Source: Lingula anatina (taxonomy: Eukaryota; Animalia; Brachiopoda). From it: 64,000 bases of DNA. The notes beneath the pieces were generated by a model, which saw nothing but the letters and a program-made list of their open reading frames with translations, was not told the origin of the DNA and searched no databases. Of this stretch, positions 1-12,446 are shown one piece after another. Both the position numbers and the translations under genes were made by a program. Location of the stretch: contig CM120640.1 in NCBI GenBank assembly GCA_051362555.1, positions 67,310,788 to 67,374,787 of the forward strand. The letters are read 5' to 3'. Positions within the stretch are counted from its first letter, which is position 1. Every line of letters starts with the position of its first letter.

Positions 1-1162
1 TATATATTTTTAACAAGAAGGAAAATAAGTTTCGAAACATACAGGCAAAGTTAAGCTATTCGCTGTATTCATTTTACGGTTAACCGTGTAAAGCATTTCT
101 GCTCATTACGTGGACACCACAGTAAAGTCATATATATTAGCACGTTAGCCCGAGTCTTCGCCATCAAAGCTAATAATTATTCATATAATAAGGGAAATAA
201 CCTTTTCGATATTATTCATGCTCCAGGAATTCGTTTCTTCATTTAATAAGTACTCATGTTTTAATCAACCCATGAACAAATTAAGAAATTTATCCACGAT
301 TTACCACATTTTAGACATATCGACTTATACAAAGGCATTTTGCTCCAAAGATGAAGATATAGGGCTATAACGCTGTTTACGAAAATTAATGCAGCATAGG
401 CGTATCATACATATTAATGATTTTTTTCTACCATTTAGTTCGTACATATTTTGAGCATCTATGTCTCTGTGATAAGATCTCAGGGTATTTGTCTGACATG
501 AAAGATTTTTCTCAGTTGGGGCACGAACTACCACAAGGTGATGTCAGAAGCTGGCGTGTCAAGGCTGATTTATGTGTATAACTCATATAACCCAAACAGA
601 GCAGCGCATTAAAAGAAATGTAAAAGGCAGCTGGTGGATGTTTAAGTAGCTAATCACTACCCTCTACCAGGGCCACAGGTTGATTTTCACTAGATATTCA
701 CAGAAATGTCTTTGGCTAAGTCATGACATTTCTCTACTGTATAGAAAAAAACAACACATGATTAAAAGTAACCAGACACAGATATATATAGATATCTTGT
801 GAAAAATAAATATGTGGCGCTGGTAGATCTTGTTTTTGTTGATCCACTGGTATCCAGCATTAAGCTCAAACATTTCCGTAAATAAAAACGGCTTATTTGT
901 ATCCCATCAATGCATCTGAATCCCAATAATCCACTGGAAATGTTAGTGATTCTGTTATCATACTGACTCGTTTGGCCAACGTCGGTAGTGCTCAGGGTAC
1001 GTACCTGCGCGTTGACGATCATGTTGCTAAATCGTGAATTTAATCTTCTTCTAACATTTTGCAAACCGAGACCCATTCCGCCCGTGGGTTCTTTTAGTAC
1101 CCTAGTTAAGGCTTGTTATCGGCCTTTTACCAGGCGGATTCTTTCCTGCTATTGGGATAGAA

Positions 1163-1226
1163 ATGGAATTTATTGGAAGACGGAACGATATCACTGAAAA
1201 ACTCCTTGACTGGACATCTGTCCAAG
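1163..1226 (+). CDS. Possible first coding exon of the nAChR (MEFIGRRNDITEKLLDWTSVQ)
   Basis: ATG to AG|GTAAT donor in phase 1, compatible with the phase-1 acceptor at 3298. The peptide is not hydrophobic like a signal peptide, so this may be a UTR exon or chance. Confidence 0.3.
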
Positions 1227-2530
1227 GTAATATACACGGTTAATATTATTATATTAGTGATCTGTTCACGGCATTTAGACGTGCATGTAAAACGTGTGTA
1301 AAATATGTGGTGGTTCTCCCATATTAAAGTTAATGTTTTAGACGTGATGAAAAAAAAAATCACTCATTAGGCCTACTATTTTTCAGAAAGAAAGTAAGAA
1401 AAGAAAAAAACTTTGGTGCGTAAAGATGTAACCTCGGTAGGTAAATGTTTGTTGCTGATAACGTGAATGTTCCCACACCTGCACACTAATTAACACGTGC
1501 TATCGAAACAACACCTGGGAGGCATACCTGAGAGTCAACAAAATTACGATTCACGTGGTTGTCACATGTTCATATAATATCTGCTCATTGACCTTTTTAA
1601 GATTTGTGCCCGTCTGAGTTTTTAAAACTTGCAGGTGGAAATCAGCCGAAGGAACCGTCCTAATTCCATGAAAAACATAACCTGTTTTATTTATTAACTT
1701 CTGGCTGTAGCTGAGATACTGGGATATTTATGCAGCGTTATACACTGTATCTATTATTTTTATATTGACTCATTCAGCAGAAGACAGACAGGCTTCCCAG
1801 CGAGATATATAGATATTAAGCTAGCAAAACAAAGAGAATGAAGAAAAAGTCCCAGAGAGAGGGAAGGAGCTAACAAACCCCCGGTTATTCACCTGTTGTC
1901 ACAGATCCACCACCACCGCAAATGTCATACGCACAGCAATCTATCAGTTTTGTTAATATGTCTCAAGGTGTACCAGTAACGTGCTCAGGCAATGTCAATG
2001 TATTCTATTTGCAATGGGAAACACGCGCTTACGATAAATATATCAGGATTCTTGCATTGTGGTGAGTTAAATGGCGTGCATCTAATAAAAATTCAAATTG
2101 ACTCCGAACAATTAACAGCGTCAATATCTGTCCTCTTGCCGTCACTGCTGACATCGCTGTTGCCATGCACTTTTATTTTGCGATTGCCCCATTGTTGCTG
2201 TCACTGTATTTTCTGTGAGGCAGCTCTGTTACAACTGTACTACAACGGATGCCAAATGAGATCATGAGAGTTTTACCAAAATGTCGAGATCGATTTTTAA
2301 CGCCTCTTTGAGTTCTAATGTAACTTAGCTTTTTGCCATATAACCCTAAAATTTCCAGACGATACAGCTGCTAAAACCGATTTTTAGATATCTTTTTATT
2401 CTAACCTTTCGAGGAGCTTGAATAACGCCACGGTTCAATGATTTTCAATGAAGACCAGACTCTGTGGCTTGCAAAAGGGTAGATACGTTTTAACCACAAC
2501 TAAGTGTGCAACTGAATTATTTAATAATTT

Positions 2531-2695
2531 CAGGGGCGTAACCAGGCATACGCACGGATGCACCGTGCGTACAATTTTTTTAGCCAACCATGATACTATT
2601 CTCCATAAATTCAGTGTATTTTCACGGAATATAATCGTACCTGGGAATTTTCAAAATCTGTGCGTACAATTTTAAAAGGTCTGGTTACGCCCCTG
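2531..2695. mobile_element. Short hAT-like MITE
   Basis: TIRs CAGGGGCGTAACCAG / CTGGTTACGCCCCTG; flanks AATAATTT and AATAATTA (7/8 match, probable 8-bp TSD). Confidence 0.75.
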
Positions 2696-3084
2696 AATAA
2701 TTATTATTAAAATGGCGTTTGTCAGATATGATATCCATCATGATTCGAAGCTTCACACAACTTATAACATTTTCCGAGTTTTTTTTTTTCTTCTTCTTCT
2801 TTTTAACAATTTACTATTTGGACAATATTTTTCTAATAGAAGATGTATTTAAAATGTAATTGTGTGTGCATTTTTACATTAGACATTATAAAAACAATTA
2901 AATTATTCTCGCCGAATTATTATTTATTTATTTTTATAATTATTACTATCTTTATTTTTTAAGAGTACCCTTTTGGACAGGGTGCTCTCCAATCTCTGTA
3001 TCCGCATGTAGTGTAAGTCTAATAACTAACGATGATAACTATGAATAACTCTGATACTGGAACTTACATTTAGCAACTGACCGA

Positions 3085-3234
3085 TGTTGCGGTCTCAACC
3101 TGAAACATTTCACTAGGTAAATGAACGGATGGGCTGGTCACCTAATCTATTGTCACACGGCTAGGTATAGTCTCGAATAACCAACCCATCCAGGTCATTG
3201 ACCTAATGAAAGGTTTCAGGTGGAGACTGCACAT
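3085..3234. mobile_element. Small inverted-repeat element (MITE-like)
   Basis: Imperfect TIRs TGCGGTCTCAACCTGAAAC ... GTTTCAGGTGGAGACTGCA. Confidence 0.5.
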
Positions 3235-3297
3235 TCTTATTCTACTGGATGACTAACAACATTCACTCACTCTAGTGACTAACATACATATTTCTAG

Positions 3298-6200
3298 GCA
3301 TTACCACCACATCAGACGCCAGACGACTCTATGATGACTTGTTTAACAAAGAACGCTATAATAAAATTGTGCGACCTGTCGACGGATCAAACGAATCACT
3401 TCAGGTCATGTTGGGTTTGAGTTTGATTCAGTTATTAGATGTGGTAAGTACACGTCTAACGTCTAGATTCATGCACACTCACTGTTACGTACATTGCAAA
3501 TGGTTTACATTTGGATGAATAACAAATTACTGGGTATTTCTTTTCTGTTGCTTTAGAAGTTAATGGAAAGAAAAAAGGATAAAAGTCAAACGAGTGTTCT
3601 GGGATGTGTGTGCAGCATTGCCCAAAGCAAACTCAGAACGTTTTATAACGTTACCATAACGTTACCATAGATGTAACTTTTTTGGTTATATAAACGTTAT
3701 GGAGCTACCCTTACCTGAGACCGTGCTAGCGACCGTATAAACGCAGACTAGAAATAGTACAGCTGACACATCACTGACTTACAAAACGACCGACAGGTCC
3801 TCTATCGAGATATCAGAAAATCAAAGCCATGTCCCTTATGAACTCTACGTTTTGTCCCGTGTTTTCTGACGTCAGTTTTACGTTTTACGGTCTTAGTTTC
3901 TCCGGTTTTATCACGGCCCAGGTGGACATAGGTCAAATATTTATTATATCGAGCTTTTTTTACAGGACGAAAAGAACCAGATAATTACAGTCAACGTTTT
4001 AGTCAACCATGTGAGTACAATTTGTAGGCAATCCGAAGCAGAAAGTGCGTGTTTTTTAAAGCTACTGAAAATGTGTAATGAATATTTAGAACGTAGCATT
4101 TATCCATCTGCATGAATCTCAATCTACTTTCAATAACAATTCACCTGGCATTAACCTTTCAGATCTGGAGAGATGCCCACCTTGTCTGGGACCCCAAGAA
4201 ATATGGCGGAATACGTGAACTTCCCATTCCTGTGACAGATATCTGGAAGCCAGACATTGTCCTCTACAACAAGTAAGGCCACACTTTTTTATTTTTATGG
4301 ATGACATCCTCTGGGGACCCCGAAATCGGTGCGAGAGGGCGAAAAAAAAAAAAAAAAAAACAATCCAAAAAAAAAAAAAAAAAAAATGCTGCTTAAGTAA
4401 AGGAATGCTGTCAGTACACAGTTAGAAACACAAATTTACCACAGAAACACGTATCAAACTAACAATATGTCTTTATCCATGCTCTCAAAATATTAAAGCA
4501 TTGTGAATACTTCGTAGAAACTGAAAGGTAAAAAAAAAAGTCATGAATAGACGGGCCCGTAGCCAGGGAGTTCGAAAGAACCACCCCTTTTGCTGGGAAA
4601 AGGTCCACTCTGGCTAAAATTTGATCTAGATACATTAAGTTTTTATGCAAAATGGTCCACTTTTTCAAAAAAAAAGAACCCCCCCCCCCCCCCTTTTGAA
4701 ATTGCTGGCTACGGGCCTGATAGACATGCTGCATATTACCCAATCTGTTTAAGGTTATTTCATGCATTTTGTTGGTATAACAATCAATAAAACAAATATT
4801 AAACAAACAGCATGTCTTTGTACTCTCAGAATATTAAAGCATTATGAACACTACACAGAAATGTTAAAAAATGATGCAAAGATATGCTTAATACTACCAA
4901 TTCTATAAAAGGTCATTTCGGTCGATGCCATTTGGTATACTTCGACTCACATGAAGCAGCCAAACTGTCGGGTGGCCTGACCTACCTACAGCCCACCAAA
5001 TACCTCGACGCCCTGTCGACCCTTTTTTTCCCTACAAAAAAAAAAAACCTGGTATGTGTTGCTTTGGACAGAATATCACTGAAATTTTTCGGGCGATAAT
5101 TGCTGGCCGCCGCCAGCCTTTCGCATAATTGTAAAAAAGTGGATATCTCCATGCCCAATATCAATGGCATAACAATCCAAAACGACGGTCTCGTTCTCTT
5201 TATGACTTTATAAAATTAATTGTTCTGTAATTTGAAAGTAATCCTAGAAATGAATTTGATGGCAAAGCGGCCATATTTCCACGTGGCAGTAATACGCATG
5301 CGCAGAAAGCACATTTTCCGGCAAATTCAATAACGACGTTTGCGGCAACTGACTTCGATGGGGGGGGGGGGGGGGGGGGGGCGATTTTTTTTTTTTTTTT
5401 TTTTTGGAGAACGGACGAAAATCGGTGCGCGCGCAGGATGTCATCCATAAAAATGAAAAAGTGTGGCCTAATATATATATGCTATTCATGTTTACAGTGT
5501 AGCTTGCACAATGTAATTTTGACTATCGAAATCTAATAAGATGATAGAAAAAAATGCAAACTCGAACAGAATATCAGTAAAACGTTTGTTTTTTTTTTGT
5601 TTTTTTTTTTTTTGTTTTTCGTTCTCAATGTCGACCCATTTTTGAAATTCGTTTCAGCGCTGACGGCAATTACCAAATAACTATTATGACCAAAGCCACA
5701 ATGGACTGCAACGGGACTATTAAGTGGACGCCGCCAGCAATTTACAAGAGCTACTGTCCAATCAACGTGGAATTCTTCCCATTTGACGAACAGAACTGTC
5801 ACCTCAAGTTCGGTTCCTGGACGTTTGATGGTGACAAAGTTAACCTGTTACACATGCAGTATCCGGGCACCGCGGATGACGTCATACTGGACGGTGCCAT
5901 AGATCTTAGTCTCTATTCAAGGAGTGTTGAATGGGAGCTTATGGATGTGCCCGCCATGAGGAAGACAAAGTTCTACCCGTGCTGTGAAGAGCCCTATCCT
6001 ACAATTACATACAATGTGACCATACGCAGAAAGACGCTTTTCTATGCAGTCAATCTCATCATACCCTGTGTATCAATTTCTTTTTTGACAGTTCTCACTT
6101 TCTACCTGCCATCACATAGTGGGGAGAAGATCACGTTGTGCATTTCTATATTGCTATCTCTGACAGTGTTTCTCTTACTTTTGGCCGATCTTGTCCCACC

Positions 6201-7291
6201 AACATCATTAGTTATTCCATTGATTGGCAAATACTTGTTATTCACAATGATTCTTGTATCACTGTCAATTATAGCAACTGTTATAGTGCTTAACATTCAC
6301 TTTCGTTGGCCCTCCACACACAAAATGTCTCCATGGGCCAAAAAAGTTTTCCTCCAGATATTGCCAAAGATCCTTTTGATGCGGCGTCCAAAATCGGCCG
6401 TCCAGATAAAACAGGTTAAAGGTTTTGTTTTCGTCGTACTCACGTTTTCTAATATAGGTCTACACAATGCTGACTTGACATGTAATAGCTTTCATAAATA
6501 TCTCTAAACACCTTTTCGACATTTACCACTGTTTGCCTGACCGTTAGTTAGGTCTACGTAAGCTTTTAAGTGACAATTTAACAATTTCAGGGCAAGGAAA
6601 AAGATAAGTCACATGACAATCTGACTTCTCAGTATGGCACTTTGGGGCGAACCATGTCTGGGAGCGACCCGTTGAAACACAAGTGGGACGAGGAAGAGGA
6701 GGAGAGATATCCACGAGCAATTGAACGGGCACTGAAGTCCGTGCACTTCATTGCGGACCACATGAAGACCAGTGACAAAGATTCAAATGTAAAATGAATG
6801 TTAAAATTTTATTACTGGTGCGAATTTTGGACATGTTTCGATACCACCCTTCCCCCAATAGCTATATGTTCATGTAATTTATTGATTCAAAACATTCATC
6901 AAAATGCTTTTCAGAGCGATTAATGAATGTTATTTGTCGCGTTACAGAGCTCGCTGCTTATTTTGAAAAAAAATTATATGGATAAAAAGTTTTAAACAGC
7001 AATCGCCTATTATGCCAAGAGGTGGATTAAAAAATGAAATGAGCAACTGTATACGAAAAATGCTTGAACTTTGCGACGTCTTTTATTCCAACTTCCATTA
7101 ATTTTTTATATTTTTCTTTGATTATCTTACAGATAAAGGATGATTGGAAATACGTTGCGATGGTCCTAGACCGGTTGTTTCTGTGGATCTTCACCTTGGC
7201 TTGCGTGGCTGGCAGCATTGGCATCATACTACAAGCGCCAACTCTGTACGACGGAAGGACACCAATTTCACTGCCGCCATCCGAAGTGTAA
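3298..7291 (+). CDS. Nicotinic acetylcholine receptor alpha subunit, cation-selective Cys-loop channel (signal-peptide exon not identified)
   Basis: In-phase GT-AG exons 3298-3443 ([26 protein letters not shown]), 3966-4010 ([15 protein letters not shown]), 4163-4272 ([11 protein letters not shown]), 5658-6414, 6591-6788 and 7133-7291. Contains the Cys-loop [15 protein letters not shown], loop B GSWT, loop C YPCCEEPY with vicinal Cys, M2 [20 protein letters not shown] and M4 [15 protein letters not shown]. Confidence 0.96.
3715..3922. mobile_element. Small inverted-repeat element (MITE-like) in an nAChR intron
   Basis: Imperfect terminal inverted repeats CCTGAGACCGTG ... CACGGCCCAGG, with inner inverted segments (CCGTATAAACG / CGTTTTACGG). 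Confidence 0.4.
4277..5468. mobile_element. Non-autonomous PIF/Harbinger-type DNA transposon (~1.2 kb)
   Basis: ~34-bp TIRs GGCCACACTTTTTTATTTTTATGGATGACATCCT / AGGATGTCATCCATAAAAATGAAAAAGTGTGGCC, with TAA TSD on both sides (4274-4276, 5469-5471). Confidence 0.85.
4552..4719. mobile_element. MITE nested in the Harbinger-type element
   Basis: TIRs GGCCCGTAGCCAG / CTGGCTACGGGCC around a poly-C tract. Confidence 0.65.
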
Positions 7292-7961
7292 CGTTGACTG
7301 GCGTATTTGTATTTCATGTAGAAACACGTCCTTACAATTAGACTTCTACTCGTGAAAACTAAAAGACCAAAATTAGACTGAAAGTTTGCATGTTATTCTC
7401 AAATAGCAAATAAGGAACAATGTACCCTCTCCTACAGTGCTTAAACTTAATAGCAGTGAGCTTCTTTTCAACCGATTTCATACTTCCCGTTGTTGCAAGA
7501 GACAAGGTCAATAAAGATGTAATTTAGGCATGGGTATATACAGCATGTATGTTACAAATATATTTACTTTAGAGATATATGCATCCAGTTAGACATACAC
7601 ATAAGCATCGTCTTTTTATCTAAATCCCAACGTTGTATGTATTGTTAATTTTAAGTTTCACCTTTGATAAGACAAGGATATTTTCATGATATCAGCTGTA
7701 AGCTTTTTCAATGAAATAAAAAAGGTTTTTACTCCAGTTGTTTGCAACATTTGCAACAGCGCTTTTGTAAGGTCTCTGTACCTGCAAATCAAATCGTTAA
7801 TCGTGTAAAATGCTGTAGAAATGTTACCAGATAGCATTAAACAACAGTCCTCGCCTTTTCACCAAATACATTGTACAAATAGTGCGTGAAAATAGATTTG
7901 TGGAAATATTTGCTGATGTAGGCGGGATAAGTCATATGGGTTCTTGACAGTCGTGGTCTCT

Positions 7962-10852
7962 TCAGTTATAATCTCCATATTCTGTGACGTTCACATTGTT
8001 GTTTCGTCTTGCTGGATTAGCAAACGAACTGGGTAGTTGGTAATAATATTGGTGTGGGTAGTGTTCTTTTGATTGCATTTCTAAACCAGAAACTTGCCAG
8101 GAATGTTCGGGACTGGTGGCCATTTTCGGTACGTGCATTAACAATGACAGAGATGGGGATGGTCGCGAGACGCTTGCGTTCTGGTTTGGTAGTCTGCTCT
8201 GTGTGACAGATGTCTTGGTTCTGCGGACGGCACTGGCGACGAGAGTGCAAATCAACTGAACAAACTCGCACACCGTGCACACGGAAACTCCAATGTAAAA
8301 CCCTGCAAGGCCACCGATACTGCTCACCAAATAGGACGCCTGGGCATGAAAATGCATAAATAGCAGAATACTTTTACTTTTCATTCATCTTATTTATATA
8401 GAAATACATTCTAAAATGTTTTCAGTAAGAACCTTTTTCATATGACTTACGAGTATAATGATTTACAAATGAATATACAGAAACGATATTTCATGTAGTT
8501 ATTTTGCGTTACTTACTCCCTGAGCTTCGATTTCCTCCACGTTTTCATAGTTGAGTTGTTGGAAGAAAACGTCCAAGCGCAACAAGTTTTTCCTTAAAAA
8601 TTCATACACTTATCCTCAGGAGATTTTTTTTCACAAGAATATCAAACATAAAGTGGTAAATTGTCTATACATTGTGTTAAACTGACTTTTAAAACTTTTT
8701 ACCTTTTGGTAGAGTATTAACCTAGTTAAAGAAGTGAAATGATGATATCCAGTTTTTAACTAGCAATTAAATGGAAAATTAAATTGTGACCATCAAACTA
8801 CGTACTGCACATAGGAAGAGTCCATACTGGCCATGTCAGTGCCCCTCTCTGCATAGATTGTCGTCATCTGATCTCTCTGAAATGGTAGCAGCAAGAATAC
8901 ACTGTCTGTTTTTGAAAGTAAAGAAATATGTCTGTTTGCATTGTATCCTGTTTTAATAAAATATGAAAGACTGAAACGTCAATACACTTTAAATTTGTGT
9001 AAAATTAGTATATTACAGCTCACTCATGTAAAATGCACCCACGTTCACCATTAACATTCATTCATGTGGTCTGACGCTCTTGGCGCAGCTTAATTACCAG
9101 ATATTGGTTTGACGGCCACGAGGACGATGATATTGTCAGCTCGTAGTTTCTGTCTCTGGAAGAAAGGGTAGAATCTTTCATCCATAACATGTATTACAAT
9201 GAAATATTACTACATATATTAGGTGGGTGTACTCAAATAGTTTACCACTTTATATGTGGTTTAATTTCCAGCTGCCCCTCATACTTACAGGCACAACTGG
9301 CGACATAGCAGGGATGTATCCAAGGATTCCATTTCTCGATAAGCATCACTGACGCATTGTGCTGCAAAACATAAACGAATCAGCCCACCTTTATTAAAAA
9401 AATTATTTCCCAATAATTCAACGGAAGACTTTTAAAATTAACTGTCATCTCTTTAATCCAAAATTCTTTTTCACATGAAAAAATATATATGCATTCATAT
9501 TTTATGCCCGTATATTTTATGCCCGTAATATATTGCAATCTTGTATCACTAATGCAATGCTAATATTTACCTATTGTCATGTTGTTGGCTGAATCACATA
9601 TGGCCGAGTCGTTTGCCAATATTGGAAATGAGGCATAGGAACATTTACATTTAGCACTGATTCTATCTTGTGTCAAAGATTTAACGCATGCCTAAAATAG
9701 ATACAAACTGAAAATGTAACTATAGTTTGAAGTTTTATAAATTTCAAAAGAAAAAAATTTACGTTCTTGTCTTCTTTGATGAAAATTCCATTGTCCGTGT
9801 ACTTTTTCATATATTTCTTTAATATTTCCCATATTTCTGACTTCACGCGTGACTATCAAATAAGAGTGTCTGCACGGTCGACGGCACTGTATACTGGTGG
9901 TAATTAATTGCCTTCTTTCAAAGAAAAAAGTGAAGGAGTTACCAAATTTTGCCTTATAAAATGTCGACCAATTAAACATTTTAGATTAAATGAAACGGCC
10001 ACACGATGGTCAACCTGTACAGAATATCTGTGATGCATTTTATCAGTGGTGCTATATCGAGTTCGCAGGCCTCGTGTACAGTTGCTTTTATACGGGTGCT
10101 CCAACCTTGTGATGTTCACCTGTAATATAATGTATTGACATATAAACTAAGGCCAGCGTGTAGTTCCATCAAACACATTACGAACAACGTAAACATTTGT
10201 GGGCTAGGTTTTCTCAGTTTTAACCTAAACCATTATGAAAAATGAATGATATTTTATTTTCCAAATTTCACATCTTATGCCTCATTTAATCTACTCTGTG
10301 GCCACAGGGTGCGCCAGTAGTCTGTTACAAAAGTGTTGAACACAGTAAGATTTTGTTTACTATTTTAGGGTCCCCAGATGTCAGAGGATACATTAAATCT
10401 AAGTCCAAGGCAACGCAGCAAACGGACTGGTATAAAAGGACTGGTGACAGAAAACAAACAAATAAGAACTGTTGTCCCATCTTTTCACGTTTGTATCCCT
10501 GAAATCAGTCCGAGACAAATCAGTTTGATTAGCTGTGCAATCAGTAGAATTTTGGCAGATTTTTCTTTGAAGTCCGCTTTATGAGTGTGGTTACATGAGT
10601 AGCGCGTCATCTGAATATCATTGTATGTGCAGCTGAGGATACAAAGACAGTGATTTTTGAAACGCGTTATTACGCTATTACAAATGAAGTAATAACAGAA
10701 AATAAATATAATAAAATATAATATCCAAATTTAAAATATCACAGGAATGGGAAGATTAATAAATCACTGGGGAAAAAATAAACAATCGAAATAATCATTT
10801 GACATATTTTTTATATTTCAATTTTCAATAAAAGGAATAGGCCTAATAGGTA

Positions 10853-10900
<48 letters not shown>

Positions 10901-12446
10901 AACCAAACGCATGCCAGCTGATGTGGCGAAGCCTGGCGAGACGGTGAACCCCTCGTCTTCTGGGAAAGGTACGACAGACTGGCTGTGGATCAGTACCCGC
11001 AGGCCTGCCTCGTGGGTCAACCCGCCAACGTACTCGTCCTGCTGGATATCCACGGCTAAAGATAGGCCTATAGTTCCAGATTAAGCACATATGAGATAAT
11101 CATATTGGAATAAAATATCTGTAGCTCTTTTTTTGAAGAAATTATAAGTTTGGGAAATATCTGTTTGATTATCAAAACCACTACATGCAAAGTACGAATC
11201 AGAGCAGTAAATTTTCATTATCTGTACTTGGAATACCTAACTAAGTAGACTGGTACAAGTAATAATACAGGCGTACACAGGCACATTACAGTGTATCTAC
11301 ATGTATACTGTATATGAAAAAATTGATGTCTCACCAGACAGCGGTCCTGGTCTAAATGACGTCTGTAAAGGATGTTTCGGTAGACCTGAATTGAATGTAT
11401 AGCAACTACCATACTTGTAGTTGAAGAATCTGGTGAAGTTTCTGGAAAAATTTACAAACAAAAATAATTTTTAAAAAGTGTAATGGATAGTTAATAAAAC
11501 ATAAGACAAAAAGGCATTAAATATGAACACGAAAATAAATGCGCGAAAATGCCTGTGGGAATTTAAACTTTTTAATGGTTGCATTAAATAGCTAATTTTC
11601 TTTATTTCTTTCCTTCTCTCTTTGCTTTTGTATGACTTGCCTGGGTGAACACTCCTTTCCATTAAAGGAACATTCGTACAACATTTCGTCCATTTTATGG
11701 CCAAGGAACGTTTTGAGATCATCAGACATATTTGCGTAAATCTGTTGGAATATCTCGGTAGTTTTTACTTTGGGTGCTTGTCCGTCATAAAACTGTGCCG
11801 ATTCTATTTTATGCTGCCAGAAACTCTCTATGTCGGTAAAGTTCGAGTTAGAGGAAGAGTTGGCGCCTCTTTTGTCACGCACTTGCTGCGAACCCGACGG
11901 GGATCCAGTTGCTCCTGGCCCAGGACCTTGGTTACTCATACCATCTGCATTACCTAGGGGCGATGGACCATTTCCAGACGGACTATTTGGAGCAACGGAC
12001 GGTTTAGGACCTAGAGAAGAATCTGCCGATTTGGGTGGTGCAGCGGCCGGCGGTCTTTTCTGGGTATGCAGTTCGTTCACGGCCGCTGGCATAAGTCTGA
12101 TAGGCCACTTGCTTGAAAATAGGGGATCCATGCGACTGGCGTAAATCTCGTCGTTCAGAGCGTCTATTACCTTGGACACACGTATCGGGTTGAGGTTACA
12201 AATAGTGACCGCAGGAAACGTTACTTCCTTTCCGTATTCCATTCGGATATCAACGTTATAGGGATATTGATAGAAAATGATCAAAATATCGACGCACTGA
12301 ACGATGAATCCAGCAAGAGAACCTAGGAAAGCTAAAATCCAGAAAATTTTCCAGTATAGAGATGGAGAGCGTTTGATGAATCCCAACCCATGGGTCGTAG
12401 TGTTTTCTGAAAATTCTTCTGCGATTTCTTTCGCGCTTTTGGTCAT
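7962..12446 (-). CDS. DEG/ENaC (amiloride-sensitive sodium channel family) subunit
   Basis: Ten in-phase exons: 12446-11641, 11441-11335, 11067-10904, 10119-10015, 9691-9571, 9361-9289, 9155-9098, 8876-8806, 8592-8517, 8339-7962. Motifs: TTTHG, TM1, [52 protein letters not shown] and TM2 [14 protein letters not shown]. Confidence 0.96.

Noticed and set aside
2964-3012. Exon-like block ending in GTAAGT as the nAChR signal exon
   Set aside because: Phase is incompatible with the 3298 acceptor; the frame that would fit contains a stop.
10853-10898. Long homopolymer runs (also ~4343-4386, 5360-5405, 28792-28825, 53904-53937)
   Set aside because: Simple low-complexity tracts with unreliable lengths; no retrocopy body or TSD linked to them.
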